64,000 nucleotides of DNA. It comes from Tubiluchus corallicola. Lineage: Eukaryota > Animalia > Priapulida. The notes under the pieces are model-generated. The model saw only the letters and a list, made by a program, of their open reading frames with translations, was not told the origin of the DNA and ran no database searches. The stretch is taken from assembly GCA_030141605.1 (NCBI GenBank), contig JAQGDQ010000994.1, positions 1-64,000 on the forward strand. Reading direction: 5' to 3'. The translations under genes were made by a program, and so were the position numbers. Of this stretch, positions 39,101 to 49,700 are shown piece after piece (position 1 is the first letter of the stretch; each line of letters opens with the position of its first letter).

Positions 39101-42100
39101 TGCATGTTTGCATGAGCATAACTGCCTAAAAATACGTGTTTGCATGAGCACAACTGTCTAAAAATACATGTTTGCATGAGCATAACTGCCTAAAAATACG
39201 TGTTTGCATGAGCACAACTGTCTAAAAATACATGTTTGCATGAATACAACTGCCTAAAAATACGTGTCTGCATGAGTACAACTGCCTAAAAATACATGTT
39301 TGCACGAATATAACTGCCTAAAAATGCATGTTTGCATGAATATAACTGTCTAAAAATACATGTTTGCACGAATATAACTGCCTAAAAATGCATGTTACAT
39401 GTTTGCATGAGTATAACAGCCTAAAAATACATGTTTGCATGAGTATGACTGCCTAAAAATACATGTTTGCATGAGTATAACTGCCTAAAAATACATGTTT
39501 GCACGAGTATAACTGCCTAAAAATACATGTTTGCACGAGTATGACTGGCTAAAAATACATGTTTGCATGAATATAACTATCTAAAAATACATGTTTGCAT
39601 GAGTATAACTGCCTAAAAATACATGTTTGCACGACTATGACTGCCTAAAAATACATGTTTGCACAAGTATGACTGGCTAAAAATACATGTTTGCATGAGT
39701 ATAACTGCCTAAAAATACATGTTTGCACAAGTATGACTGGCTAAAAATACATGTTTGCATGAATATAACTATCTAAAAATGCATGTTTGCATGAGTATAA
39801 CTGCTTAACTGTCTATATGAGGAAAACACGAGCGTATGTGAATAATTGCCTGTTAGTACTTATGCTTACGAGAATAACTGCTCAAAAATTTATCTGTGTG
39901 CAAATAACCGCCTGTGATGACATGAACATAACAGAATATTTGCACAAAAATACGTCTAAATGCAAATATGTATTACTTTGCATATATAAATGCGAAGTAA
40001 AAACCTTTTCGAAGAAATATAAATACAAATTTACAACAATTTACGTAAAAAACTGGTAACAAACAGCGTAATAAACAAATATTTTATACCAATTCTTCCT
40101 TCCATTTTGCAGCAGTAAATGCTGCAACAGATGGAGTTGTTTTCTCTGGTCCTTCAAGACCCTGAAAACAAATTAGTTATGAAGCAATTAGCAACTGGCA
40201 GTTACGTAATATTTTGTTTGCTAAAAGGCCCAGGAAAGCTTTCTTTTGGCAAACAAATTTAGACAAATGTGCAGCAAGTTTTAATACAGCATTTCACACT
40301 AAGCAATTACGACATATAATGTGCCTAGGACTGCCTACATAGCAGATGATTATTGAAACCGGGAATTAGTAGTGGGACGTCCCAGAAGTCTCTTCAATAG
40401 AACTCAAAAGCAGTGCCTTTTTAAAGGTTTTTGAAAACTATTCTTAAGAAAACAGATTTTAAAAAATCTTGCCAAATTTTAAAACTGTCAGTTCCACATT
40501 AACTGACAATTAAAAAAATCACAAAATTTACCAATTTAATTTTAAACAAGAAATACCAGTAACCAAAATTAGGGTTTCTTAAGGCAAGATTTGCCAAGGT
40601 TTTACCAAATACTGGTTCGAATATTTCGGAGACAAAGACGAAATTCTGATCAATGTAGGTTAATCATCAACTAAATTGCTTAAGAAATGAATTTTAAATT
40701 TTAATGATTATGACGAAACACCAAAGTTACTCCAAAAATCTTTTATGATTTTAACAAAGCGGACGGACAATTTTACCAATGTACTACATTGTAACGACTT
40801 CAAGCAAAGTTGAGTAATTTAAATCAGTAAAATCCACATAACTTAATTACAAAAGTTTATCAATAAAGACGTTTAAAAATGTTTAAAAAAACATCTTTCC
40901 GACTTGTCGACGTCCCTTCAACGGCCTTCTCCTCCTACACACCTCTCACACTGGTGCACTGCCTCAAGATGATGCATCACTAACTACGACCCTCAAACAA
41001 TTACACATGACTATGTTTCCACGACGACAGATGAGTGAACAGCTGATATAATCAACATGACACAATTTTGATAAGTCTACTAAAATTTTCAGCTGTATCA
41101 AGTTCAAAATTTTGTAATCAACATGTAAAACAAACAGTCTAACTTACCTCGGGTACGTTTATTACTCCTGTTGAACTTACCCCGGGTACGTCTATTACTC
41201 CTGTTGAACTTACCCCGGGTACGTCTATTACTCCTGTTGAACTTACCCCGGGTACGTCTATTACTCCTGTTGAACTTACCCCGGGTACGTCTATTACTCC
41301 TGTTGAACTTACCCCGGGTACGTCTATTACTCCTGTTGAACTTACCCTGGGTACGTCTATTACTCCTGTTGAACCTACCCCGGGTACGTCTATTACTCCC
41401 GTTGACATGTGTGTCTTGATTGTATCCATGAGTTTTCTGTTTTCCGCAACGAGTCCGCTCGTGCCCCTGCCAAGATTCGTTAGTTGCTCCTGGATGAATA
41501 CAAACACACAATAACACAATAGTTATTAAAAAAGTTGGCAAACACAAATTTATTGGTGACGACTGCTTCAGTAAAGTAGAGAACACCCAAGCACCATACG
41601 CGTAAGATGCGGAGTTACAGGTGTGTGTCCGAAGCCTTCTCCAGAAAAGTTTTGAAAAATCAAAGCCAATTTCCTTGTGTTTGGGTTCATTTTGGATGTT
41701 TTAAGCCCAAACATTAAGCTGAACATTTTCACCAAACAGCGATAAAGTAAAAAGTGGTATCATTACAGTACATGCATACTGGCCATTCACATTTCTAAGG
41801 TATCTGAAGTGAGTTATGAAGATCCAAGAGAGGAAGTGAGTGATAACAATTAGATGAGAAATGATGAAAATCATATTAGTCAAGAAAAGAGCTCTGAAAT
41901 GCATTAACATTTTTCTGATATTTGCCACAAAATTTTAGGGAAATGTTTACGTGGAGCACATTCTGGAGTTTGCAAGAAAATGCCCTGTTATGTTAAATGT
42001 AAACAAATTTATGTAAACCTTACAAGTAGGGCTATTTAGAAAGTCCGAGTATAATTTTTATAAGGTATGTGATATTTGGGCATGAGACATTTGGGCACTA

Positions 42101-45100
42101 ACAAAATTTGATATTTTACCCATTTTTTTTACTTTTGCTCATTATATTTTTAATGATTCACTATTTTCCTAACTGTCATAATGTTTAATAGCACAATTAA
42201 AACCAGTTGATTGTCTTTCTGCACTTTCTCCACTTTCAGTATTAGTCTATGTGCAGTTAATGAACAAAGCATGTCAGTATCTATAACAGCGAGATTAAGT
42301 TGTACATTATTAGCAACAGTTTACCGACAGAAAAAGTCAACCAGCATTTCCAGACTGTTCTAAGCAAGCTGGACAATAACCTAATGTTACCATGCAACTA
42401 TTCATCAAGCACTTGGTGTCCTTTGACTTATGTTGTTTATACTAGTGGCCAGGGGCGTATTAAGAAATAGGCTGAGGAGGCTACGGCCTAGGGCGCCAGA
42501 GTTTGAGGGGCGTCACTGTTGTGTTTCTTTCTCTCGGACGACTCGTAGAGAAAACCAGAAAACACTTTGTCAAATTAAACTGGTTTATTGTGTGAGAATT
42601 CTACAACGCACAAGTATGAAGGAACGCGAAATATACCCAGTCAAGTGAGAAGAAAATCTGAGAATCTGAAATTAATCTGAGAATACGAGAATTAAATTTG
42701 AACGGCCAGCTCCGCCTTATATGTCAATGCACATGGACTAAACCAGAACAATCTAGAAACTACTATGCGCATCGCGTATAGAAAGTTCTCGAATCTTCTA
42801 CAAGGTTGCTACAAGAAGATTGTTCTACTATACTATAGAATCTCCACAACAGTCACACTTTAGAAAAAATTCTTATTCTCCTTGGAAAATATGTGTACTT
42901 TCATATTCATGTAAAGGGTGTATTTTATAACACGCCACAGGCACTTACTGAAGCAGCTTTTATATAAGTGCCACATAACAAACAGGTGCAAAGTTTTACA
43001 CAACAAACTAGGAAGCTTGAATATAAGCGCTATGCAAATACATTTTAGTAATAATGACCACATAGAAACTAGGTTAATAGTGTTTTTAATACACCACAAA
43101 TAATTGTTTAATCTCCTCATTACATAGTAATTCACAATAGAGGTGGGAGGGAGAGAATTATCTGCCTCGGTTGCCGTAAAGTCTTGATACGCCCCTGCTA
43201 GCGGCATATTCAAGAAAAGTAGGTCAATTAACAAGAAAAAATGCTTAATACATAACTTTCACTTTCAAGATAAAACTTTTTCATTTCATCTCTTGTGAAA
43301 TGTTCCGCAGCAGAGTTTTTTATACATGGTAAGTGTTATAGTTATTTCTAGTGTCAATTACAGGATCGTATTCAGGAAAATAATTATTTATTTGCTTATA
43401 AAAACTTTAGGTAATTTAAACAAACAAAGAAGTTGTACCTAATCAGCCAACCAGAGACATCGTGTTTCGTAGCGCAAAGCAGAAATTATTTGCTCAGTCA
43501 AGCACAGCCAACTCAGGTGCCTAAATGTTTCATGCGGAAACTGCCAAGCGAAAAATGACCCGACCCCTTTTCAAAAGCCTTGATGACTTTCACAACAGGA
43601 CAGAAATTCACCAGGAACAAAAAGTAGACCCCGAGAGGCTAAGTGAGGGTCATTTCACTGATCTTTCATGAAGCACACAAAAAAATTATAAATTACAAAA
43701 CTAATTCTCAACTAGCAGTCTACACTACGCTTAGACCACATATGGTTTCAACATTTAAAATATTACACCTTGTAAACCATTTCTTACAAACTGTAGTTAA
43801 ATTAAAATGTATTGTAGTTAAATTAGAATGTGTGACTACTGCAGAAAACAGAAAAAAGTTGAACATGATTTGTGAATTGCCAAAAATTTTAAAAATTTCT
43901 AATCTCTGAAAGCAATAAAAACAAGGCAATAATGAAATAGGCAGTACTTATTAAAACAATGACTAATGTTTAAAAGCAACACGTGGGGTACATACCTGTA
44001 ATTCACTATTCTCACTCTCAAGCTGTTGAATATAGGCAGCTTGTTGTTGTAATAATGGTACCAACTCCACTGATGTTGGAATGTCTTTACCGGAAGACTC
44101 CTGCAGATAAAATTAACTTTTTATTCTTCTAGTAAAATTAACATACAATGAATGCGTCAATCTATTACAAAAACAGTTAAGTAGTTTCTAATCAACCAGA
44201 CAGTTTAGTCTAGTGGTAATGCGTCTGCTTTCCATCTCTGAGGTCGTGAGTTCGAACCAGCGACCGGGTCATACCAAAGACCTTAAAAATGGTACCTGCT
44301 GTTGCCCTGCCCGACGCGGGGTATTTAGGGCAAAAGTGGGGTAATAATAGTCTCTGTTATGTAGTTGTAGGTTGTTATTTACAGTTGGCGATAATGGCTC
44401 TTTGAGCTAATGTTAATTGTTGACCCAAAAGCCGACTTTAAATAAAGATTGTTATTATTATTATTAATGAGTATCGCACCTGTGTGATCACCTTAGGTAG
44501 GTACGTGAAAAATAAATGCATAAGCACTCGGTCAAAAATCCCACTCAAACAAAAACTATAGAGAGAAAAACCCCGGGGATGATGACTGTTGTCAGCAACT
44601 TTGGATGCAAATGATTATTTTTTATTTTACTATCCGAGAAAATAAACAGGAGGAGCTAGGCAGGTACATACTTTGCCCCAAGTTTAAATATTATCTCAAA
44701 ATTATCGACACAAGTATGTTCATGAAGTTGTTTGTGTTAAAGCATCTTTCTAAATTGATGTATTGTTACCTAGATAGAAACAAAGAACAGGCGAATTAAA
44801 ATATGTGCATAATTATTAGAAGTAATTTACATGGTTTTTACATAATGATATTTACAATGACGATATGAAAGTAATAGTATTAACACATATTCGTATACAA
44901 GGTATGTATACATATATTGGTCTATTACATCATAAAGACCTAAATACGTTTTTGTATAACTTATTAGTTGATGATAATAAATGTGTCGACAAAACCTATA
45001 ATGTTATTGTGTCCATTATATTACTAGATTAAAACAATAATATAAAATAGTCAGTCATACCGATTGACCTGCGTGCAAGGATATCCTTGATAAGGAGCTG

Positions 45101-45616
45101 GGAGATAACATAACTTATTAAACATGGCCTGATTCACTAACAAGGCAGGACGTCTAAGATGAGCAGATCATCAGGTACATAAGCACATGCAAGCAAGCAG
45201 AATCAGTACGCCCAAAGAAAACACCCATAGTAAGTATCAAAACAGTTTACCCATTCAGTTGTTTAAGCAGACGCTGTGCCAATCCTAACTTCGGTTGCCA
45301 ATCACAACACCGTGACAACTCGGCTGTGTCACTATGTCGCTAAAGTGATAAACATATTATAATTTCAATGCTTATTGCCCATAAGCAAGATATTGTACAA
45401 TATCAGAGTACTACGCAGTTTACTATGCCTGATTACCGAGGTTAAAAATCAATAGTTAGTTGGCAGTGAATAAAAAACTGTTTGATTTGCAAATACCTGA
45501 GGCTGAAGCTCTCCCACCGGTTGTTTACGGGAACCATCTATCTTATGTGTCATTGCTTGTGTTAGCTGTTCTCTGAGCTTTTTTGCGTTTTCAGATAAGC
45601 CGCGGCTGACTGCCAT
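19013..45616 (-). CDS. SDCCAG8: Serologically defined colon cancer antigen 8 homolog (centrosomal/ciliary coiled-coil protein), ~685 aa
   Basis: 16 phase-compatible exons: 45616-45497, 45339-45251, 45097-45061, 44100-43996, 41489-41379, 40161-40090, 35765-35509, 33756-33618, 32498-32346, 30702-30568, 29117-29001, 27071-26943, 25928-25796, 22452-22335, 21344-21170, 19180-19013 (2058 nt incl. TAG). Colinear motifs recalled from SDCCAG8: [76 protein letters not shown]. Confidence 0.92.
19700..19890 (+). mobile_element. Probable LINE 3' end (CR1/L2-like) with stem-loop and (CTTA)n tail
   Basis: Inverted pair GAGAGGGTGGC...GCCACCCTTTC, then AATAAA followed by CTTACTTACTTACTTA. Confidence 0.5.
20090..20412 (-). 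mobile_element. Internally deleted RTE-clade non-LTR element (5' UTR-like segment joined to the ORF end)
   Basis: Minus strand encodes [12 protein letters not shown], matching the RTE C-terminal SRIGLxSHxRxC motif, then CGAGACAGAAGGATGCCAACCAACC; GC-rich relative to flanks. Confidence 0.65.
21402..21530. repeat. (TG)n/TGCA microsatellite
   Basis: Alternating purine-pyrimidine tract. Confidence 0.95.
21670..22330. repeat. 23-bp minisatellite abutting the SDCCAG8 exon 14 donor
   Basis: Unit AACAAAGGTAAACAAACTCTTTA; ends beside the donor at 22334. Confidence 0.92.
23369..25780. repeat. 40-bp minisatellite, ~60 copies, starting ~15 bp inside the exon 13 donor
   Basis: Unit CAAGTAGTCAAACCAACATTTAACCTAACGAACAATTAGA. 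Confidence 0.96.
27388..27687 (+). mobile_element. tRNA-derived SINE (Meta-SINE-like core) with (ATT)n tail
   Basis: A box TAGTCCAGTGG, B box GTTCGAACC, core GGTAATACCAAAGACTTTAAAAATGGTACC; very similar copy at 44195-44467. Confidence 0.85.
27972..28752. repeat. 29-bp CpG-rich minisatellite, ~27 copies, containing TGACGTCA
   Basis: Unit CTCGYGACTGTACTCATGACGTCRTTCGT. Confidence 0.96.
29455..30345. repeat. Polypurine (GAGAA)n/(GA)n/(GGGAA)n microsatellite
   Basis: About 900 bp of almost pure purine on the + strand. Confidence 0.97.
30893..31290 (+). mobile_element. tRNA-derived SINE, second subfamily, with expanded ATT/ACT/ATC microsatellite tail
   Basis: A box TAGCTCAATGG, B box GGTTCAACTCC, core GAGTCATACCAAAGACGTGAAAAATGG; 3' part differs from the 27388 and 44195 copies. 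Confidence 0.75.
31786..32250. repeat. 35-bp minisatellite, ~13 copies
   Basis: Unit ACAACAGCTTCATTTACAAACAATAGTAGAATATA. Confidence 0.95.
32533..32890. repeat. ~21-28-bp minisatellite near the exon 9 acceptor
   Basis: Variants of ATACATAATACATGCAACAAA. Confidence 0.9.
33322..33677 (-). repeat. 70-bp tandem repeat (5 copies) of the 3' end and donor of SDCCAG8 exon 8
   Basis: On the minus strand each unit ends ...GAAAAAGCACAG|GTAGGTAG; donors at 33617, 33547, 33477, 33407 and 33337. Confidence 0.95.
34479..34834. mobile_element. Tc1/mariner (pogo/Tigger-like) MITE with TA target duplication
   Basis: TA-CAGTCGACCATCGTTAAACCGGAC ... GTCCGGTTTAACGAGGGTTGACTG-TA; the homologous empty site with a single TA is at ~5510. 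Confidence 0.9.
35006..35396. mobile_element. AAGCCTTTTCAC-family MITE
   Basis: Colinear with 5681-6060; both termini present. Confidence 0.8.
35757..39806 (-). repeat. 32-bp minisatellite (~125 copies) built from the SDCCAG8 exon 7 acceptor
   Basis: Minus-strand unit TATACTCATGCAAACATGYATTTTTAG|GCAGT; the last unit supplies the acceptor at 35766/35765. Confidence 0.96.
41141..41405 (-). repeat. 33-bp tandem repeat (8 copies) of the 3' end and donor of SDCCAG8 exon 5
   Basis: Minus-strand unit TCAACAGGAGTAATAGACGTACCCGGG|GTAAGT, encoding [11 protein letters not shown] in the exon frame without stops. Confidence 0.96.
42450..43197. mobile_element. Non-autonomous hAT DNA transposon
   Basis: TIRs CAGGGGCGTATTAAGA / TCTTGATACGCCCCTG; 8-bp TSD CTAGTGGC / CTAGCGGC. 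Confidence 0.88.
42517..42851 (-). mobile_element. Solo LTR (335 bp) nested in the hAT element
   Basis: TGTTGTG...CACAACA termini, exact 5-bp TSD GTCAC on both sides, TATAAG and AATAAA on the minus strand. Confidence 0.85.
44195..44467 (+). mobile_element. tRNA-derived SINE (same family as 27388-27687)
   Basis: A/B boxes, core GGTCATACCAAAGACCTTAAAAATGGTACC, ATT tail. Confidence 0.85.
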
Positions 45617-46815
45617 GGGAAGACGAAATTCTTATCTGATTCAACTCAAGAGCTTTACATAATTTTACAGTTTGAAAAAGAAGTTCCTCAAGTAGCCTTA
45701 AGGGCTTGACCTATCCAATGTAGTTTTAAATTTCCTTATTGCTTACTCCATGGGTCTCACTTCATCACATCACATCAAACAAATCATCACACAGCACCCC
45801 ACCAATTCGCAGCTTTTGATTTTGCACCAAAAAATTCAAAATGAGCAATATACGAAATCTTCAAAATATACGATCCAAGACCCAGAAAGGTTGCTTTTCT
45901 TGGCGCGTCCCTGTTGATTTTTCGAGACTACATTTTGTAAGAGAATTTTTGAATTTCAAGTCTTTGAAGATATTATAGTGCAAACACATTTGGGCCTAGT
46001 TGATATGCTCGTGAATTTTACTGGTCTATAAATGAATCTTTAGTTTGTTTGGCATACTGAATTGTTCAGCGGTGTAAGCTTTATAGAGCCCTTTGGTTTG
46101 GCACTCTCTCATTTTATAGTTTTGATACATATCAGTTAATTCAAATAAATTTTGTTTATTTATCTTACCATATTATCATTGTGCGCAGTCTTAATGCGCA
46201 CAATACAGAGACGAAGCGTCTGGTAACCCTTGGTCATCAGTTTGTGCTTTGCAGCGTCAGTAACATAATGTAATTGTAATGTTATCAATATAGTAGCCTG
46301 GTACAATATAGTTCCCAGTGTTATATGTGTGAACAGGCCTCGAGTATCATTACGCACTTGGATTCGAGCTGTGTGGACGTAATTTGTGTCTTCTGATTAA
46401 GTTTATTAAACTCATTACATATAAATATTGTGTTCTAGTACATAATATTACATGGTGGCAGCCAGTGGAAACGGACTTACACTGCCAAACACCAGGAAGC
46501 TGTGAAAAATACCAGTTTCAAGAAAGTTTAATATCAGAAAGGCATACTAGCTGTCAACGCATGGCGCCACGTTCCCGCTCATCATTAAAGTACTGCGAAA
46601 GCCCCGACGGTCAGATCTGTGCGCAAAAAACAATTGGATTCGGTGACAGTGAACTTGAAGTTTTGATAGAGCAAGCGAGGCCACATCGGTGAGTAAAGCA
46701 GCTGACTTTTATACAGTTCTACAGTGTGCGACGCAATAGCTTACTACGAACTGTGTTGTCTGTGCAATAACTTTAAACGCTACGTATAATTCAACGAAAC
46801 TCAGTGCCAAGAAAT

Positions 46816-48396
46816 ATGGGAGATTTATCGGGAATAAATCCACCTTGTATGGACTGGAGTTGTCGTGATTTACCGTCGAGTTTGAAAGCGTTTGAGCAAT
46901 ATTGCAGACTGATTTTTCAAGGCCCGCTAGCAACTAAAACTGACGCACAAAAAGCCACGTATATCTTGCTGTGGATAGGCCAAGACGGCCTAAAAATCTT
47001 CAACTCATGGGGTCTGAACGACGATGATAGGGCGAATCCGGACATAATTTTAAACAGATTTCGCAAACACTGTGAGCCTAAATCGAACTTTCGTCTGGCG
47101 AGATATAATCTGCAGAAATTTAAACAGACGGAACACGAGTCTGTAGATGACTTTATGGCGCGCTGCAAACTGCAGGCGCAAAAGTGTAAATTCAGTATCG
47201 CCGAGATGGAAGAAAGACTGATCGAAATTTTAATTATTGGAACGAGAGAGAAAAAGGTTCAAGAGTCTTTGCTCGGTAAGGATGAAAATTTAAAATTAGA
47301 TGAAGCTAAGGACTTGGCTCGAACCAGAGAAGCCACGATCGCTGATATGAAAGAGTTAAACGACTCTGCACACACAAACGTCGACGCTGTCAGTCGCGAC
47401 ACAGCCTATAATGAGACGACAAAAAGTTGCGGCAAATGTGGTCTCAAGCATGGCAGAAAATGCCCAGCATGGGGCAGTCGCTGCCATAAATGCAATGGCA
47501 TGAATCACTGGAAAAATATGTGCAGAACTGATTTGTCCAATAGACAAAGTGGCGACGCGAATAAGAAGCAGATGAGAAAACCAAGACGTCGAAGTCGAGG
47601 TAGAAGCTGCAGGCGTTCATTTTCGCAGCCTAGAGATATACAACGTTCAGTTGAGAACAATGCAGTGCAATTTAATGATGAATCAGATGAACTAACTTTT
47701 CAAAGTGTTCAGTCAGACAATGCACACAGAGATGAAGTTTTTGCAAAAATAGGGATAGCTTTGCCTAACAAGGTAAATGTTAAAACATTTTTAAAAGCTA
47801 AAGTCGATACGGGAGCACAAGGTAATATTTTGCCTATAAGAATATACAGACGCATGTATCCTGAGAGACTTGATGCAAGTGGTTTTCCCAAAGAAATACA
47901 GTCGAGTAAAACAACACTGACTGCATACAATGGTACTCAAATTACACAATATGGTGTGTGCGTAATAAAGTGCAAATACAAGGACAAAGGTCCAGATGCA
48001 ACATTCTATGTAGCAGATGTGGACGGTCCTGCCATATGTGGCCTTCCAACATCACGAGCACTTAAGTTAGTTGAACTGAACTGTGAAATATCCAGGCAGA
48101 CAGCTATCAAAGACAAAGAAGACTTGTTGGAGTTATACCCAGACCGTTTTCAGGGAATTGGCAAATTTGCAGGCGAGTACCACATTATGCTTGATCCGAA
48201 AGTTCCGCCTGTCATTCATGCTCAACGAAAATGTCCAATCCATCTTCGCAAACAGATAAAAGCAGAGCTGGATGAGATGGAAAAACTGGGCGTCATTACA
48301 CCAGTTACCAAACCGACTGATTGGGTGTCTAGTACTGTATACCCACGTAAGTCGGAAGGAAGATTGCGAGTATGCCTTGACCCAACAGAGCAATAA
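46816..48396 (+). CDS. Gag (two tandem CCHC knuckles), aspartic protease and start of RT
   Basis: CGKCGLKHGRKC..CHKCNGMNHWKNMC; KVDTGAQGNILP; TDWVSSTVYPRKSEGRLRVCLDP; terminated by a frameshift. Confidence 0.9.
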   Translation: MGDLSGINPPCMDWSCRDLPSSLKAFEQYCRLIFQGPLATKTDAQKATYILLWIGQDGLKIFNSWGLNDDDRANPDIILNRFRKHCEPKSNFRLARYNLQKFKQTEHESVDDFMARCKLQAQKCKFSIAEMEERLIEILIIGTREKKVQESLLGKDENLKLDEAKDLARTREATIADMKELNDSAHTNVDAVSRDTAYNETTKSCGKCGLKHGRKCPAWGSRCHKCNGMNHWKNMCRTDLSNRQSGDANKKQMRKPRRRSRGRSCRRSFSQPRDIQRSVENNAVQFNDESDELTFQSVQSDNAHRDEVFAKIGIALPNKVNVKTFLKAKVDTGAQGNILPIRIYRRMYPERLDASGFPKEIQSSKTTLTAYNGTQITQYGVCVIKCKYKDKGPDATFYVADVDGPAICGLPTSRALKLVELNCEISRQTAIKDKEDLLELYPDRFQGIGKFAGEYHIMLDPKVPPVIHAQRKCPIHLRKQIKAELDEMEKLGVITPVTKPTDWVSSTVYPRKSEGRLRVCLDPTEQ

Positions 48397-49700
48397 AGCG
48401 TACCCACCATCATATTCCGACCATGGAAGAACTAACTCACAAGTTCAACGGAAGTACAGTATTCTCAAAGTAGATGCCAGACATGGCTATTGTCAGTGTT
48501 AGAGAAGAATCATCGTATTTGACAACATTCAATAGCCCTTTTGGCCGTTACAGATTTCAAATGGATTTCATTTTAGAAAAATGCCTGACAGAAGGCATAG
48601 TGATGACATTGCGTACATGGTAAAACGAAGCTGAGCACAATGCCAATTTACTCAACTTGATGGAAGTAGCAAGAGAGCATGGGCTGGTATTCAACTACGA
48701 GAAATGCAGCATAAAACAAAACAGCATCACATTTTTTGGAATGGTGTTCGATGCAAATGGAGTCCACCCAGACCCAGCAAAGATCAAAGCTATTCAAGTC
48801 ATGAAAGCACCAGAAAGCAGCCAGGAACTGCAAACTTTTCTCGGCATGGCAACATATTTGTCACCGTTCATTCCAAATTTGTCAGCAGTCTCACAACCAT
48901 TGCGGAAGTTACTTAAAAAAGGAACTATTTTTCAATGGTCTCCATCACACAACAAGGTGTTTGAACAAATGAAGCAAATAATTTGCAGAGACGTGACATT
49001 GAGCTATTATGACCCAAACAAACAAAGCATCCTACAAGTAGATGCTTCGATGAAAGGACTTGGAGCTGTTCTCCTGCAGGATAACAAGCCAGTTGCATAT
49101 GCTTCAAAATCATTAAGTGACTGTGAACTGAGATATGCAAACATAGAGCGTGAGATGCTGGCTGTTGTCTTCGGATGTGAAAGATTTCACACATACTTAT
49201 ATGGGAAACAGTTCAAGGTTCAGACTGATCACAAGCCGCTTGAAATGATTCACATGAAGAATTTATCAGCAGCACCTCAGCGATTACAGTGGATGTTACT
49301 AAGAGTCCAGCCATACGACTTTACTATACAGTACATTCCTGGTAAAGAAATGCTGTTAGCCGATGCATTATCGAGATCCCCTACAAGTGACCAGTCGACC
49401 GACATTGAGCTAGATGTGCGAGTTGATCTTGTGCGGTTTTCACAAGAAAAACAAGAGATGCTGCGAAGCAGTACACGAAGCTGTCCTGAACTACGCGCAC
49501 TAAGTGAAATGATTATCACTGGATGGCCAGAATATCATAAACAAGTACCACAAATGCTCCGACCATATTGGCCATATAGAGATGAACTCACTATAGCAGA
49601 TGGCATAATTTTAAAAGGCGACCGCGTGTTAATTCCAAAAAACATGCAGAAGGAGATACTCCATAAACTACACGGAATCACACCAAGGAATCGAAAAAAC
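48397..49700 (+). pseudogene. Disrupted reverse transcriptase followed by RNase H
   Basis: Fragments HHIPTMEEL, DARHGY, LTTFNSPFGRYRF and GI/DDI fall in shifting frames; RNase H motifs LQVDASMKGLGAVL, YANIEREMLAVV, TDHKPL and ADALSR lie in ORF 48657-49736. Confidence 0.9.

Noticed and set aside
23369-39806. CRISPR-like arrays (29-40 bp periodic repeats)
   Set aside because: Head-to-tail units without unique spacers, no cas genes, eukaryotic intron context.
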